DNA of 64,000 nucleotides from an uncultured Bacilli bacterium (GCA_944372425.1 CALVZC010000001.1:22444-86443), one strand, 5' to 3'; positions 1 through 10,820 are shown, counted from the first letter of the stretch. Notes: a model not told the origin generated them from the sequence alone. Translations and numbers: made by a program.

Positions 1-344
1 ATTACCTGAATACTCATATTAGTAAGAAGTACATTCTTAATTATTAATGATAGATTTAATAAAACATAGATACTAATTCCTAAAGAACCTATTAATAATA
101 AGATTTTAATTATATTATTAAGTATTTTTATATTAGATAGATTTTTTAAATAATCATCACTGAAAAGTTTAACTATTATTTTCATAAAAATTAATCCTAA
201 AACAAAAGCAAGTAATATTGTTAAAATTACACTTATTGTATTAGTATTTTTAAAAAGTTGTATAGTTATTGTAGAAGTAAAACTATTTAAAAGAAAGAAA
301 ATTAAAATACCGATTTCTAATGATGTATATTTTTCTTTATTCAA
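1..344 (-). CDS. spore germination protein, GerAB/GerKB-type permease (N-terminal part, runs off window edge)
   Basis: Edge-truncated, so absent from the ORF track. The reverse frame is open for all 114 codons from a TTG at 344 that overlaps the stop of the upstream Ger(x)C gene. Translation LNKEKYTSLEIGILIFFLLNSFTSTITIQLFKNT... looks polytopic-membrane. It is the third gene of a gerA-type operon. Confidence 0.5.
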   Translation of the reverse strand, partial: MNKEKYTSLEIGILIFFLLNSFTSTITIQLFKNTNTISVILTILLAFVLGLIFMKIIVKLFSDDYLKNLSNIKILNNIIKILLLIGSLGISIYVLLNLSLIIKNVLLTNMSIQV

Positions 345-1266
345 AAATCTCACCACCTATATTTGGTTTATAATCAATATTAATATTAACGTTATATTTT
401 ATATTATTATTTCTTCCATATTTGTATAAAAGATATTCAAAGTAATTATTTTTATTATTTTGAGTAAAAGATGTTATAATTTTTGTTAGATAATTTTCAA
501 TATTATTTTTATCACTTTTATTATTTCCGTAGTATTTACAATAGAAATTAATTTCAATATTATCATTATGTACTTTATTGATAGTATAGCATTGTTCTAA
601 TTTATATACATTTTTATCTATTGTAATTTGAAAAGTTTTTATATTATTTTTTATTATATTTATAGCAAGTGATTCTTCATTAGTAAGTATTTTATTTTCA
701 TCATATATTGTTTTATAACCTTTTACATTAATTGTATTTTGTGTTTTAATAAATGGAACATAACTAATTTTATAATTTAGAATGTCTTTAATTATATCAG
801 TTAAAGTTATATCAGTTGTTATTCCATTTGTCGATAAAGATAGTGAAAGCATGTTTTTTATGTCAGTAGTATTTGTTTCGAGTATTTTATTGTCAATATG
901 TTCAACGATTATTGTAGTAAATGAACCACGTGAACTTTTTTCATTTAAAAAAAAGTTAAATATTTGATTGTAGTTATCTTTTACTAAATTATTGCTAAGG
1001 ATTAATAAATCCATATGGGTTAAATAAAGTCGTTTCATTAATTCGGTACTCAGATTATTAAAACATTCGTCTATTGTAGTACATGTTTTAATATAAATAT
1101 TTTCTTCATTTTCTTGATTGCTGGATAGTACTTTAACATATACATTATAATTATTTCCATTAACTGATATACCAATTGAAGATACTACTGCAATATTACT
1201 TATATCATTATAATTAGTACAACCAGTAAGAAAAATTATTAATATTATTAGATATATTTTTTTCAT
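337..1266 (-). CDS. spore germination lipoprotein, Ger(x)C family
   Basis: 309 aa. N-terminal lipobox MKKIYLIILIIFLTGC. Lies immediately downstream of a GerAA-type gene. Size fits the GerAC family. Confidence 0.7.
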   Translation of the reverse strand: MKKIYLIILIIFLTGCTNYNDISNIAVVSSIGISVNGNNYNVYVKVLSSNQENEENIYIKTCTTIDECFNNLSTELMKRLYLTHMDLLILSNNLVKDNYNQIFNFFLNEKSSRGSFTTIIVEHIDNKILETNTTDIKNMLSLSLSTNGITTDITLTDIIKDILNYKISYVPFIKTQNTINVKGYKTIYDENKILTNEESLAINIIKNNIKTFQITIDKNVYKLEQCYTINKVHNDNIEINFYCKYYGNNKSDKNNIENYLTKIITSFTQNNKNNYFEYLLYKYGRNNNIKYNVNINIDYKPNIGGEIFE

Positions 1267-1274
1267 ATAAACTC

Positions 1275-2684
1275 CTATCTGTTTCTATTTTTAGTTAAAA
1301 GTGGATTTCTTTTGTTTTGCCTACTTTTTACTTTTATAAAAGAATCTAAAATATCTGTTTTTATAAAAGGTACAAAAGGATAGGTATATGGAAAGCCAAA
1401 AGATGTAGTGCTAGCAATATTTATAACTAATATACCAAATCCAATAAATAATCCATATATTCCTAGTAGCATTCCAAGTATTAATATTAAATAACGATAA
1501 TATCTTATTAAGTTTACTATCGAGTTATAAGAAAAAACTAAAGCACTTATGGAACTTATAGCAACGACAATTATCATAATAGGAGAAATAATGCCTGCAC
1601 TAACTGCAGCATCTCCTAAAATTAGTCCTCCAAGAATAGATACTGAACTTCCGACTTTATTAGGAATTCTAATATCACTTTCTCTTAATATTTCAAAGGC
1701 AATTATCATTATTAAAATTTCAAAAAAAGCTGGAAATGGAACAATTGTATGTTGTTCTATTAAATTTAAAAGAAGATTAGTAGGAATAGCAGTTGGATTA
1801 AAAGATGTTACGCTTATATAATATCCTGGAAGAAATATTGCAATCAAAAATGCTAAAAAACGTAAAATTCTTGTAAATGTGGTATTAATATTTTTTTGAT
1901 AATAATCATCTGGCGTATGAAAAAAATCAATAAAGAATGTTGGAATAATTAGTACAGTAGGGGAGTTATCGACTATTATACAAACTTTTCCTTCTAGTAA
2001 TGCAAAAGAAGCTAAATCAGGACGTTCTGTTTGATTTACTTGCGGTAGAAAAGTAGATTTAGAAAGTTCTTCTGTTATATATCCACCATCGATAATAATA
2101 TCATTATTAATTTTTATTATTTTTTCCATTACTTTTTTAATTAGTGATTTTTCTGCAATACCATTTATATAACAAATCCCAATTTTAGTATGACTTTCAT
2201 TTCCTAAAGTAATTGATTTTACAAAAAGATTATTATTTCTTATTCTCTTTCTAATTAGTCCTAAATTTGTATTAAAGTTTTCAGTAAATGAATCTTTTGG
2301 TCCGGTTATAGAAACTTCTATGGAAGATGAATTTATTCCTCTATCTAAAGATGCTTTCGTTTCAATTGATAGTATATTTTTATTATTTATTATAATAATT
2401 GTATAACCAAGAAATATATTTTTAATAGCTTCATCTATTGATTTTAATTCGTTAATTGATGAACCAGTGAGCAAATTCTTTATTAAATTAATTATTGTAG
2501 TACTAGCAATATTTTTATTTTCTATTATTAATTCAGAGATAGGCTTTAATACATAGTTTGTTATAGCAGAAGAGCTGGATAAAGTTTCACTATATATACA
2601 ATCAATTACATTATTCTTTAAATTAATCGTTCTTATAATTATGTCTGTGCTATTACCACATCTATTTAAAATTTCTTCTTTCAT
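1275..2684 (-). CDS. spore germination protein, GerAA/GerKA family
   Basis: 469 aa. Soluble N-terminal half with a GerA-type motif ITGPKDSFTENFNTNLGLIRKRIRN, plus a C-terminal multi-TM block (FLAFLIAIFLPGYYISV..., IISPIMIIVVAISSISALVF). Confidence 0.85.
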   Translation of the reverse strand: MKEEILNRCGNSTDIIIRTINLKNNVIDCIYSETLSSSSAITNYVLKPISELIIENKNIASTTIINLIKNLLTGSSINELKSIDEAIKNIFLGYTIIIINNKNILSIETKASLDRGINSSSIEVSITGPKDSFTENFNTNLGLIRKRIRNNNLFVKSITLGNESHTKIGICYINGIAEKSLIKKVMEKIIKINNDIIIDGGYITEELSKSTFLPQVNQTERPDLASFALLEGKVCIIVDNSPTVLIIPTFFIDFFHTPDDYYQKNINTTFTRILRFLAFLIAIFLPGYYISVTSFNPTAIPTNLLLNLIEQHTIVPFPAFFEILIMIIAFEILRESDIRIPNKVGSSVSILGGLILGDAAVSAGIISPIMIIVVAISSISALVFSYNSIVNLIRYYRYLILILGMLLGIYGLFIGFGILVINIASTTSFGFPYTYPFVPFIKTDILDSFIKVKSRQNKRNPLLTKNRNR

Positions 2685-2780
2685 TAGAAATCACCATTAT
2701 TATTATTAATTTTTGAAGCATAAATATACAATTATATTTAAAAAAAGTAAAAAATTTGATAAAATTTAATTGGTGATAAT

Positions 2781-4004
2781 ATGAAAGAAATAATAAAAGT
2801 TTTTAAACTTGACCATTTTGGAAGAGGAATTGGTCATTACAATGGTAAAGTATTATTTATTGATGATGCTTTAGACAATGAAAGAGTAGAAGCAGAAATA
2901 ATCGATAATAACAAAAAAGTAATTAACGGACAGGCAATTAAAATTATAAAATCTAATCCAGAAAGGAAAACACCTGAATGTCCATTTTATAAAAATTGTG
3001 GTGGATGTAATATTATGCATATGAGTTATCCTAAACAATTAAATTTTAAGTTAAATAAAGTAGAAGAAATATTAAGTAAATTTGCTAATATTGATAAAAG
3101 TATTATAAGTAGAATTATACCAACTAATGAATTTAATTATCGCAATAAAGTTACTCTTAAAGTTAAAGATAAAGTGGGTTTTTATAAAAAGAAAACTTAT
3201 GAATTAGTATATATAGATAAATGTATAATAGCATTACCTGAAATAAATAAAATAATAAAAAGGCTAAATTCATTAAAATTAGATGGAATTGAAGAAATAA
3301 TTATTAGAAGTACATTAAAAAATGAAACAATGATAATAATTAAAGCAATATCTGATATTGATAATAATTATTATGAAAATAATTTAAAAGATTATACTGA
3401 TAGTTTAATTGTAATAAAAGATGGCATTTGTAATGTAATATTTGGTAAAGGTTATATTACTGAGAAAATAGGCGAATATCATTATAAAATAGCACCACTT
3501 TCATTTTTTCAAGTTAATATAAATGGTGCTGAGAAATTGTATAATGTAATTAAAGAATATGCACAATTAACTGGAGCAGAAAGTGTTTTAGATTTATATT
3601 GTGGAACTGGTACTATAGGAATTTATTTAAGTGGACAAGCAAAGAAAGTAATAGGAATAGAAATAAACCATAATGCTGTAGAATGTGCTTTAGACAATGT
3701 AAAATTAAACGGATTGAATAATGTAGATTTTATTTGTAAAGATGTTAGTAAGAACATAGATGATTATCAAAATATAGATTTAATAGTAGTTGATCCCCCT
3801 AGAGCAGGATTAAAAAGAAAAGCAATCGATAATATTTTGAAAATAAAACCTAATAAAATTATTTATGTTTCATGTAATCCTTCTACTTTAGCAAGAGATT
3901 TAAATACTTTAAAAAATGAATATAATGTAGCAAATATAACTTTAGTAGATATGTTTCCTAATACATATCACGTTGAATGTGTGTGCTTACTAAATTTGCG
4001 TTAA
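2781..4004 (+). CDS. 23S rRNA (uracil-5)-methyltransferase, RumA/RlmCD/TrmA family
   Basis: 407 aa. N-terminal TRAM-like region, 4-Cys cluster CPFYKNCGGCNIMH, SAM motif VLDLYCGTGTIG, and VDPPRAGL plus a catalytic Cys near the C-terminus (YVSCNPSTLARD). Confidence 0.85.
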   Translation: MKEIIKVFKLDHFGRGIGHYNGKVLFIDDALDNERVEAEIIDNNKKVINGQAIKIIKSNPERKTPECPFYKNCGGCNIMHMSYPKQLNFKLNKVEEILSKFANIDKSIISRIIPTNEFNYRNKVTLKVKDKVGFYKKKTYELVYIDKCIIALPEINKIIKRLNSLKLDGIEEIIIRSTLKNETMIIIKAISDIDNNYYENNLKDYTDSLIVIKDGICNVIFGKGYITEKIGEYHYKIAPLSFFQVNINGAEKLYNVIKEYAQLTGAESVLDLYCGTGTIGIYLSGQAKKVIGIEINHNAVECALDNVKLNGLNNVDFICKDVSKNIDDYQNIDLIVVDPPRAGLKRKAIDNILKIKPNKIIYVSCNPSTLARDLNTLKNEYNVANITLVDMFPNTYHVECVCLLNLR

Positions 4005-4047
4005 ATCTTAGCATTATAATATTTTTTTGTAAATAGGTGGTAGTCAA

Positions 4048-5172
4048 ATGAATATATTAGATATTTTTTATAAGAACATAGTCAAAGAAGCAATAGAAGG
4101 GCGCATTAATTCATTTTTTTACTATAATGTAGCATTTAGTACTTTCTTGTTTGAAGATAATGCTAAATATGAAGCTAAAATAGTACATGATGATTTAATA
4201 CTACCAACTTTATATATAAAAGATAAAAAGAAATTTAATGAGCTATTATTGAGATATGTTGATGCTTCTTTAAAATTTTATGATGATAGCAACTTTCCAG
4301 AAGAAATTTTAAATGGTAAAATGTATGATGAAAATTTAAGAATATCAAAAGAAAAAACAATATTAGCTCTTTTATTTTCAAATGCTACTATTGAGGATTT
4401 TAACAATCCAGTTGCTTTTTTGCAACGTCGCCTTTCTTTCTTTTATAATACTGAGGAATGCGAATATGAACTAGGATATTCTAATTTATTAAATTGCAAT
4501 TTACAAGTGAGAATTTGTAAAGATAGAATAAACAATGAAACACCATATCAGTTTGTTGTAAGTTGTATTTCTGAAAGCGGTGAAAAATATGATTTGCCAA
4601 AATTAAAATTTGGTGTTTGTGATAATAAAGCATATATTTATGCTATTCAAAATGATAATGATTCTAAAACAGAATTTTCAAAAAGAATAAAAAGAAACTT
4701 ATATAAAGTTGGTGAAGGCTTTTCAACTATTAATGACAATTTTGATATATATCAGGAAGGTAATCTAAATGATATTACGCCTAGTTTTTTAGTAGTTTCT
4801 AATATATTCGTTTCATATATGAATAGGTTAGGTATAAATGATTTAGTTGTTTCGTCTATGTTAATTGAAAGATGGAATGCAAAAGTAATATCAAATGATT
4901 TAAAAAGCAAATTGAAAATAAAATCTTATGAAGAATATTCTGATGAACAAAATAGAATTCAGTCTAATTTAACAGAAAAATTATTGCGAACTTTTTTAAG
5001 ATTAACTCATCATTGTAATAATTTAAATATAGTCTCTTATCCAACGGAGCAAGATTTTAATTTGCACATATTTAATGATGGTAATATTAGAGGAAACAAT
5101 AGTTTACTGAATAGTATAGCAAATATGATGTTAGAAGCAGATAAAATTATTGATAATAAACTTTTGAAATAG
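4048..5172 (+). CDS. hypothetical protein (no family recognised)
   Basis: 374-aa ORF with RBS-like aggtgg 8 nt upstream. No TM segment and no recognisable motif. Ends in TAG. Confidence 0.6.
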   Translation: MNILDIFYKNIVKEAIEGRINSFFYYNVAFSTFLFEDNAKYEAKIVHDDLILPTLYIKDKKKFNELLLRYVDASLKFYDDSNFPEEILNGKMYDENLRISKEKTILALLFSNATIEDFNNPVAFLQRRLSFFYNTEECEYELGYSNLLNCNLQVRICKDRINNETPYQFVVSCISESGEKYDLPKLKFGVCDNKAYIYAIQNDNDSKTEFSKRIKRNLYKVGEGFSTINDNFDIYQEGNLNDITPSFLVVSNIFVSYMNRLGINDLVVSSMLIERWNAKVISNDLKSKLKIKSYEEYSDEQNRIQSNLTEKLLRTFLRLTHHCNNLNIVSYPTEQDFNLHIFNDGNIRGNNSLLNSIANMMLEADKIIDNKLLK

Positions 5173-5311
5173 AAAATAAATTTTTTAAGTATTTTATCAA
5201 ATTTATTTTGTAGTATAAATAATTTATAGATTAAATGAAAAATAAAAGTAGTGATAATATTATGATAGATTATTTGAGAGAGTTAGAGCAAAAATTGCAG
5301 ATAACAATATA

Positions 5312-5521
5312 ATATTAGGAAGTTTTTTCTGTCAAGGTAAAATGCCAATATCTGTAAAGAATAAATATATTGATATGATAAAAGCAAATCCAAATGATAA
5401 AAATTTACAAGTTAGTATTGAAAATTTTAATAATGCATTATCTCACCCTGATAGTAAAGATTTAACTAATGCAAAAGAATGGATAAAAGAATTATTTAGT
5501 AAAGAAAATATTACTAAATAA
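5312..5521 (+). pseudogene. flavodoxin-family gene remnant (C-terminal ~69 codons only)
   Basis: The frame reads ILGSFFCQGKMPISVKNKYIDMIKANPNDKNLQVSIENFNNALSHPDSKDLTNAKEWIKELF, which resembles a flavodoxin C-terminus. The upstream frame is closed by stops. A short out-of-frame piece MIDYLRELEQKLQITI lies just upstream. No N-terminal FMN-binding half is present. Confidence 0.45.
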
Positions 5522-5557
5522 TTCTTTTTTAAAAATTATTATGAAAAATGTTAAAAT

Positions 5558-5590
5558 GTAACTTAGTAGTAACTTTACATATCATATAAT
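5558..5590 (+). promoter_or_regulatory. candidate response-regulator site (direct repeat gtaactt x2, 11 bp apart) plus -10 tataat upstream of the ABC operon
   Basis: gtaactt occurs at 5558-5564 and 5569-5575, one helical turn apart. tataat lies at 5585-5590. There is no good -35, which fits an activator-dependent promoter. An OmpR-family regulator is encoded downstream. Confidence 0.3.
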
Positions 5591-5613
5591 CTTTTTAGAA
5601 AAGGAGAAGTTTT

Positions 5614-6285
5614 ATGGAAATTTTAAAAGTAGAGGGATTAACAAAAATTTATGGGAAAAACACTACTAAAGTTATAGCTTTAGATAATGTATCTTTTTCT
5701 GTAGAAAAAGGGGAATTTGTTGCAATTGTAGGTGCATCAGGTAGTGGGAAGTCAACTTTGTTACATTTAATTGGAGGAGTTGATAGACCGACATCAGGAA
5801 AAGTTTATATTGAGGGGAAAGATATTTTTAATTTTGACGATGATAAACTAGCAATATTTAGAAGAAGACAAGTAGGTTTAATATATCAATTTTATAATTT
5901 AATTCCAATATTAAATGTCGAAGAAAATATTACTTTACCTTTAGCATTAGATAATCGAAAAATAGATAAGGAAATGTTAAATGATACTTTAAAACTTTTA
6001 AACTTAGAAAATAGAAGGAATCATTTACCTAATGAGTTATCTGGAGGACAACAACAAAGGACTAGTATTGGGCGTGCATTAATAACTAATCCAGCAATAA
6101 TTTTAGCGGATGAACCGACTGGTAATTTAGATTCAAAATCAAGTGATGAAATAGTTGCATTATTAAAAAAATCTAATAAAGATTTAAAACAAACAATTAT
6201 AATGATAACTCATAATATGGAAATTGCTAAAGTGGCGGATAGAATAATAAAAATTGAAGATGGAAAAATTGTTGAGGAGATATAA
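5614..6285 (+). CDS. ABC transporter ATP-binding protein (MacB/FtsE-like)
   Basis: Walker A GASGSGKST, signature LSGGQQQR, Walker B ILADEPT. RBS aaggag upstream. Confidence 0.9.
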   Translation: MEILKVEGLTKIYGKNTTKVIALDNVSFSVEKGEFVAIVGASGSGKSTLLHLIGGVDRPTSGKVYIEGKDIFNFDDDKLAIFRRRQVGLIYQFYNLIPILNVEENITLPLALDNRKIDKEMLNDTLKLLNLENRRNHLPNELSGGQQQRTSIGRALITNPAIILADEPTGNLDSKSSDEIVALLKKSNKDLKQTIIMITHNMEIAKVADRIIKIEDGKIVEEI

Positions 6286-6287
6286 TT

Positions 6288-8909
6288 ATGAATTTACTTA
6301 ACAAGTTAACAATAAAAAATTTAAAGTTAAATAAAAAAAGAACAATTGTTACGATTATTGGAATTATGCTTTCAGTAGCATTAATTACAGCAGTTTCTTC
6401 TATTTATGCTAGTGGAATAGAGTCATTAATTAAATTTGAAATCAATGAAAAAGGTAATTTTCATGTTGCATATTACGATGTGCCAGTGTCAGCGCTTTCT
6501 TTATTTGAAAATAATAGAAGTATAGATACTTTAAATTTGGTTGAAAACATTGGTTATGCTAAAATAGACTCAAAAAATGAGTATAAACCTTATGCAAACA
6601 TAAAAGCATTTAATAAAAATTCACTAGAAAATTTATCATTAAAATTAGTTGAAGGTCGTCTTCCACAAAATGATAGTGAAATTATTATACCTACGCATTT
6701 AAAAACAAATGGTAGATTAGAATTAAAAATTGGTGATACTATTACTTTAGATGTTGGAAAAAGAGTAGATAAAGATGGTAATGAATTAACTCAAAGTAAT
6801 CCTTATTTATCATATGATGATTCTTATATATTACAAGAAGATATAATTGATACTAATACTAAAACTTACAAGATCGTTGGTATTATTGAAAGACCAGCTT
6901 CAAATATTGAAAATTATTCTGCTCCTGGATATACATTTATAACGTATACCGATGGAAAAAATTTAAATGATAAAGTAGATTTATTTGCTAGATATACTAA
7001 AGAAGGAACTAAAAATGTTTTTAAAGTAACTGCTAATATATTAGGTGTAAATGAAAAACTTTTAGCTAAATCCTATTCTGAAAATGTGTTAACAGAAGAA
7101 GAATGGAATGAAATATTTAAAGAATTAGAAAAGGCAAAATATGAAATTAACATAAATACCTATCTAGTTGATTTAGAAACAAATCCTCTTAATAGTAGTA
7201 GTATAGGTGGTATGGGTGTAGTTGCTGCTATTATAATAGGAATTATTGTATTTACGTCTATATTTTGTATAAAAAATAGTTTTGATATTTCAATTACGGA
7301 AAAAATAAAACAATATGGTATGTTAAAAAGTATCGGCGCTACTAAAAAACAAATAAGAAAGAATGTTTTTTATGAAGCATCAATACTAGGTATAATAGGA
7401 ATACCTTTAGGTATATTATTAGGCTTTTTAGCATCATTTATTCTTATCATTATTAGTAACTATTACTTAAGTGATATGTTTACTACAGGTATAAAACTAG
7501 AGTTTTCATTTTCGTATATAGCAGCATTTATATCTATAATATTAGGAATAATTACAATTTATTTTTCAGCATTTAGAAGTGCTATAAAAGCTTCAAAAAC
7601 ATCACCAATTGATTCTATTAGAAATAGTGCAGATATTAAGATAAATTTAAAGAAGATTAAATCACCAAAAATAATAAAAAATATATTTGGTGTTGGTGGA
7701 GAAATATCTTTTAAAAATTTAAAAAGAAATAAGAAAAAATATCGTACTACGGTAATTTCTATTGTTGTTTCTATATTCGTTTTTATTGCATTATCTAGTT
7801 TTATGTCAATGGCTTTTGATGCAGTAGAAAATGAACTTAATATTTCAGAATATAATCTTTCATTACGTGCTGCAGATATCGATGAAGAAGATTATAAAAA
7901 GATTGTTGAAACGACAACTCTAAATAACATTAACAATTATACTATTCTTAGACAAGCAGATTTTAAAATTTATGGGAATAATTATAATCGAGAATATATT
8001 GAATGGCTTGAATTAGATGAAGATCATTTTGGAGAAGATTATTTGTATTTAACGGTTTTAGGGGAAGAACAATATAATAAATATATTAAATCTTTAGGTT
8101 TAAATTATGAAAATATAAAAGATAAAGGTATTTTATTAGATTACGAAGTTGTTTCTATTTATGATGATGAAAATGATAAATTTCAAAATAAATATATGAG
8201 AATTTTTAATTTTGATAAAAATGATATTATTGATGGTTACTTAATTAATGGTGAAGAATATGAAATTGAGGTTGGTTTTGTAACTGATGAAGATCCTTTT
8301 GGATTAAAACATTATTCTGGGACAAAACTAATAATAAGTGATGAATTATTTGATAGTATTACTACTACTGATAATGTAACAATTTTTTATGATTCAAGTA
8401 ATGTTGATAAATTACAATATGATATAGATAAATTGTTAGGTGAAAATAATTATTCAATTAACAATACTGAAGAAAATGTTAGAATGATGAATAACTTATT
8501 TACTTTAATAGGTATATTCTTATATGGCTTTATAATTGTTATTTCACTTATTGGTATTACTAATATATTTAATACAATAACAACGTGTATGGAATTAAGA
8601 CGACAAGAGTTTGCAATGTTAAAGTCAGTCGGTATGACAAACAAAGAATTTAATCGAATGATAAGATTAGAAAGTTTATTTATGGGAATAAAATCACTAT
8701 TATTAGGAATTCCTATTGGTATTATATTATCGTATTTGATTTACCATTTCTTAAGAGGAGAATCAGGAATGCCATATAAACTTCCGATTTTAGGAATTAT
8801 TATATCTATAGTAGTTGTTTTCCTTCTTATTTCTCTTATTATGAAATATTCTATAAATAGAATAAATAAGCAAAATATTATCGAAACGATTAGAAAAGAA
8901 AATATTTAA
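6288..8909 (+). CDS. ABC transporter permease, duplicated FtsX/MacB-type module with large extracytoplasmic domains
   Basis: 873 aa. Starts 3 nt after the ATPase stop. Two repeats of TM, long soluble loop and 3-TM FtsX block (KQYGMLKSIGATKKQI and EFAMLKSVGMTNKEF). Confidence 0.85.
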   Translation: MNLLNKLTIKNLKLNKKRTIVTIIGIMLSVALITAVSSIYASGIESLIKFEINEKGNFHVAYYDVPVSALSLFENNRSIDTLNLVENIGYAKIDSKNEYKPYANIKAFNKNSLENLSLKLVEGRLPQNDSEIIIPTHLKTNGRLELKIGDTITLDVGKRVDKDGNELTQSNPYLSYDDSYILQEDIIDTNTKTYKIVGIIERPASNIENYSAPGYTFITYTDGKNLNDKVDLFARYTKEGTKNVFKVTANILGVNEKLLAKSYSENVLTEEEWNEIFKELEKAKYEININTYLVDLETNPLNSSSIGGMGVVAAIIIGIIVFTSIFCIKNSFDISITEKIKQYGMLKSIGATKKQIRKNVFYEASILGIIGIPLGILLGFLASFILIIISNYYLSDMFTTGIKLEFSFSYIAAFISIILGIITIYFSAFRSAIKASKTSPIDSIRNSADIKINLKKIKSPKIIKNIFGVGGEISFKNLKRNKKKYRTTVISIVVSIFVFIALSSFMSMAFDAVENELNISEYNLSLRAADIDEEDYKKIVETTTLNNINNYTILRQADFKIYGNNYNREYIEWLELDEDHFGEDYLYLTVLGEEQYNKYIKSLGLNYENIKDKGILLDYEVVSIYDDENDKFQNKYMRIFNFDKNDIIDGYLINGEEYEIEVGFVTDEDPFGLKHYSGTKLIISDELFDSITTTDNVTIFYDSSNVDKLQYDIDKLLGENNYSINNTEENVRMMNNLFTLIGIFLYGFIIVISLIGITNIFNTITTCMELRRQEFAMLKSVGMTNKEFNRMIRLESLFMGIKSLLLGIPIGIILSYLIYHFLRGESGMPYKLPILGIIISIVVVFLLISLIMKYSINRINKQNIIETIRKENI

Positions 8910-8930
8910 AAGGGCATTTTGCCCTTTTTA
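8910..8930 (+). terminator. intrinsic terminator after the ABC permease
   Basis: Hairpin aagggc-atttt-gccctt followed by a T-run, directly after the stop at 8909. Confidence 0.7.
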
Positions 8931-8962
8931 TATTATGTTATAATTGATGTGGGAGGTTATTT

Positions 8963-9616
8963 ATGAATATTTTATTAGTAGAAGATAATTTATTAATTAT
9001 AAAAGGTCTTTCTTATGCTTTTGAGAAAAATAATTATAATTTAATTTCTAAGACAAGTGCCAAAGATACAATTGATTATTTGAACTATAATAATAATATT
9101 GATTTAATAATTCTTGATATTACTCTTTTAGATGGAAATGGTTTTGATTTGTTTGAAGAAAATATAAAAAGAAGAAAAATACCAACTATATTTTTAACAG
9201 CTAAAGACGATGAAAATGATATTGTAAAAGGATTAGAAATGGGTGCAGAAGACTATATTACAAAACCTTTTAGTACTAAAGAATTATTAGCTAGAATAAA
9301 TAAAATATTACTACGAACAAAAAGGAAAAATATAATAAAAAAAGATAATATAATTTTTGATATTGATAAATTATTACTATATAAAGATAATAAAAAGATA
9401 GAGTTAACTGCTTTAGAGTTAAAATTAGTGAATTTATTATTCTTAAATCTTAATAAAGTAGTAACAAGAAGTACTATACTTGATAAGATTTGGGAATGGA
9501 CAGGTAATGATGTTGATGATCATACAATTACAGTTTATTTTAAAAGAATAAGAGAAAAAATAGGAGATAATATTATTATAACAGTAAAGGGGATAGGTTA
9601 TATTATAAATGAATAA
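8963..9616 (+). CDS. OmpR-family response regulator
   Basis: Receiver domain (LVEDN, DLIILDITLLDGNG, TAKDD) plus a winged-helix output (LTALELKLVNLLF ... VKGIGYII). Confidence 0.9.
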   Translation: MNILLVEDNLLIIKGLSYAFEKNNYNLISKTSAKDTIDYLNYNNNIDLIILDITLLDGNGFDLFEENIKRRKIPTIFLTAKDDENDIVKGLEMGAEDYITKPFSTKELLARINKILLRTKRKNIIKKDNIIFDIDKLLLYKDNKKIELTALELKLVNLLFLNLNKVVTRSTILDKIWEWTGNDVDDHTITVYFKRIREKIGDNIIITVKGIGYIINE

Positions 9617-10820
9617 GAAAATTAATTTTAAAACTTATTTATTAAAAGCTGGAATTGTATCTTTTGTGTTATTAACAATTTTTATTTTTATTTGTAATTA
9701 TGAGTATCGAGTCTATACAAATAATTTTAATAACAAAATAGATCAAATAGTAACAAAAATTTTAGAAAAATATCCCAATGTTACTGAAAATGAAATTATA
9801 TTAATTTTAAATAATGATGAAAGTAATTCAGAATTATTTGAAAAATATGGAATAGATTTAGATACACAATCAATTTTAATTGAAAATGATAATTATTATA
9901 ATTGCTTTATATTATTGAAAGTTATATTTTTTGTAGTAATAATTTTCTTTTTTCTTTTTTTCTTTTTTATGTATAATAGAAGAAAAAATAAAAGTATTGA
10001 AAGTATTACTAAATATCTTGAACAAATTAATAGAAAAAATTATGATTTAAATATTGATTCTAATTCAGAAGGACAATTATCAATATTAAAAAATGAAATA
10101 TATAAAACTACTGTAATGTTAAAAGAAGTAGCAAATAATTCTAAAATTGATAAATTGAATTTAAAAAAATCTTTAGAAGATATATCACATCAGTTAAAAA
10201 CCCCTTTAACAAGTATTCTTATAATGTTAGACGATTTAATAGATGATGAAAACATGGATGTAGAATTACGAAATGACTTTTTAAAAAATATTAAAAGAGA
10301 AATAATGAATATTAATTTTTTAGTCCAAGAAATATTAAAATTGTCTAAATTTGAATCTAATACTATTAAATTTATAAAAAAAGATACAAAAGTAATAGAA
10401 ATAATTAAATCTTCTATGGATAATGTATTACTTTTATGTGATTTAAAAAATATAGAAATTATTGTAGAAAATAGTAATAGTTCTAAAATAAAATGTGATT
10501 ATAAGTGGGAAGTGGAAGCAATTACTAATATTTTAAAAAATTGCATTGAGTATTCTGAAAATGGACAAAAAATAATTATAACTTGTCAAGAAAATAATAT
10601 ATATTTTATGATTAAAATAAAAAGTTTTGGTAAAATTATAGATAAGAAAGATTTACCTCATATATTTGAACGTTTTTATCAAGGAAAAAATTCTAATTCT
10701 GATGGTATTGGAATAGGTCTTGCATTATCTAAAGCTATTATTAATGAAGATAATGGTACTATAGATGTTTTTTCTAATAAAAAAGAAACAACTTTTATAA
10801 TTAAATATTATCGAATATAA
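9609..10820 (+). CDS. sensor histidine kinase
   Basis: Overlaps the regulator stop by 8 nt. Two TM segments, H-box ISHQLKTPLTSI, N box ILKNCIEYS, G box DGIGIGLALSKAII. Confidence 0.85.
   Translation: MNKKINFKTYLLKAGIVSFVLLTIFIFICNYEYRVYTNNFNNKIDQIVTKILEKYPNVTENEIILILNNDESNSELFEKYGIDLDTQSILIENDNYYNCFILLKVIFFVVIIFFFLFFFFMYNRRKNKSIESITKYLEQINRKNYDLNIDSNSEGQLSILKNEIYKTTVMLKEVANNSKIDKLNLKKSLEDISHQLKTPLTSILIMLDDLIDDENMDVELRNDFLKNIKREIMNINFLVQEILKLSKFESNTIKFIKKDTKVIEIIKSSMDNVLLLCDLKNIEIIVENSNSSKIKCDYKWEVEAITNILKNCIEYSENGQKIIITCQENNIYFMIKIKSFGKIIDKKDLPHIFERFYQGKNSNSDGIGIGLALSKAIINEDNGTIDVFSNKKETTFIIKYYRI

Noticed and set aside
1-2684. The unusual ger operon order (A-C-B instead of A-B-C) as something novel.
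   Set aside because: The order of germinant receptor genes varies among Clostridia-like spore formers, so this is not remarkable on its own.
9931-9975. Long T-rich homopolymer tracts inside the histidine kinase gene as a slipped-strand switch.
   Set aside because: The tracts encode the second TM segment (FFFLFFFFMY) and are in frame. There is no evidence of frameshifting in this sequence.
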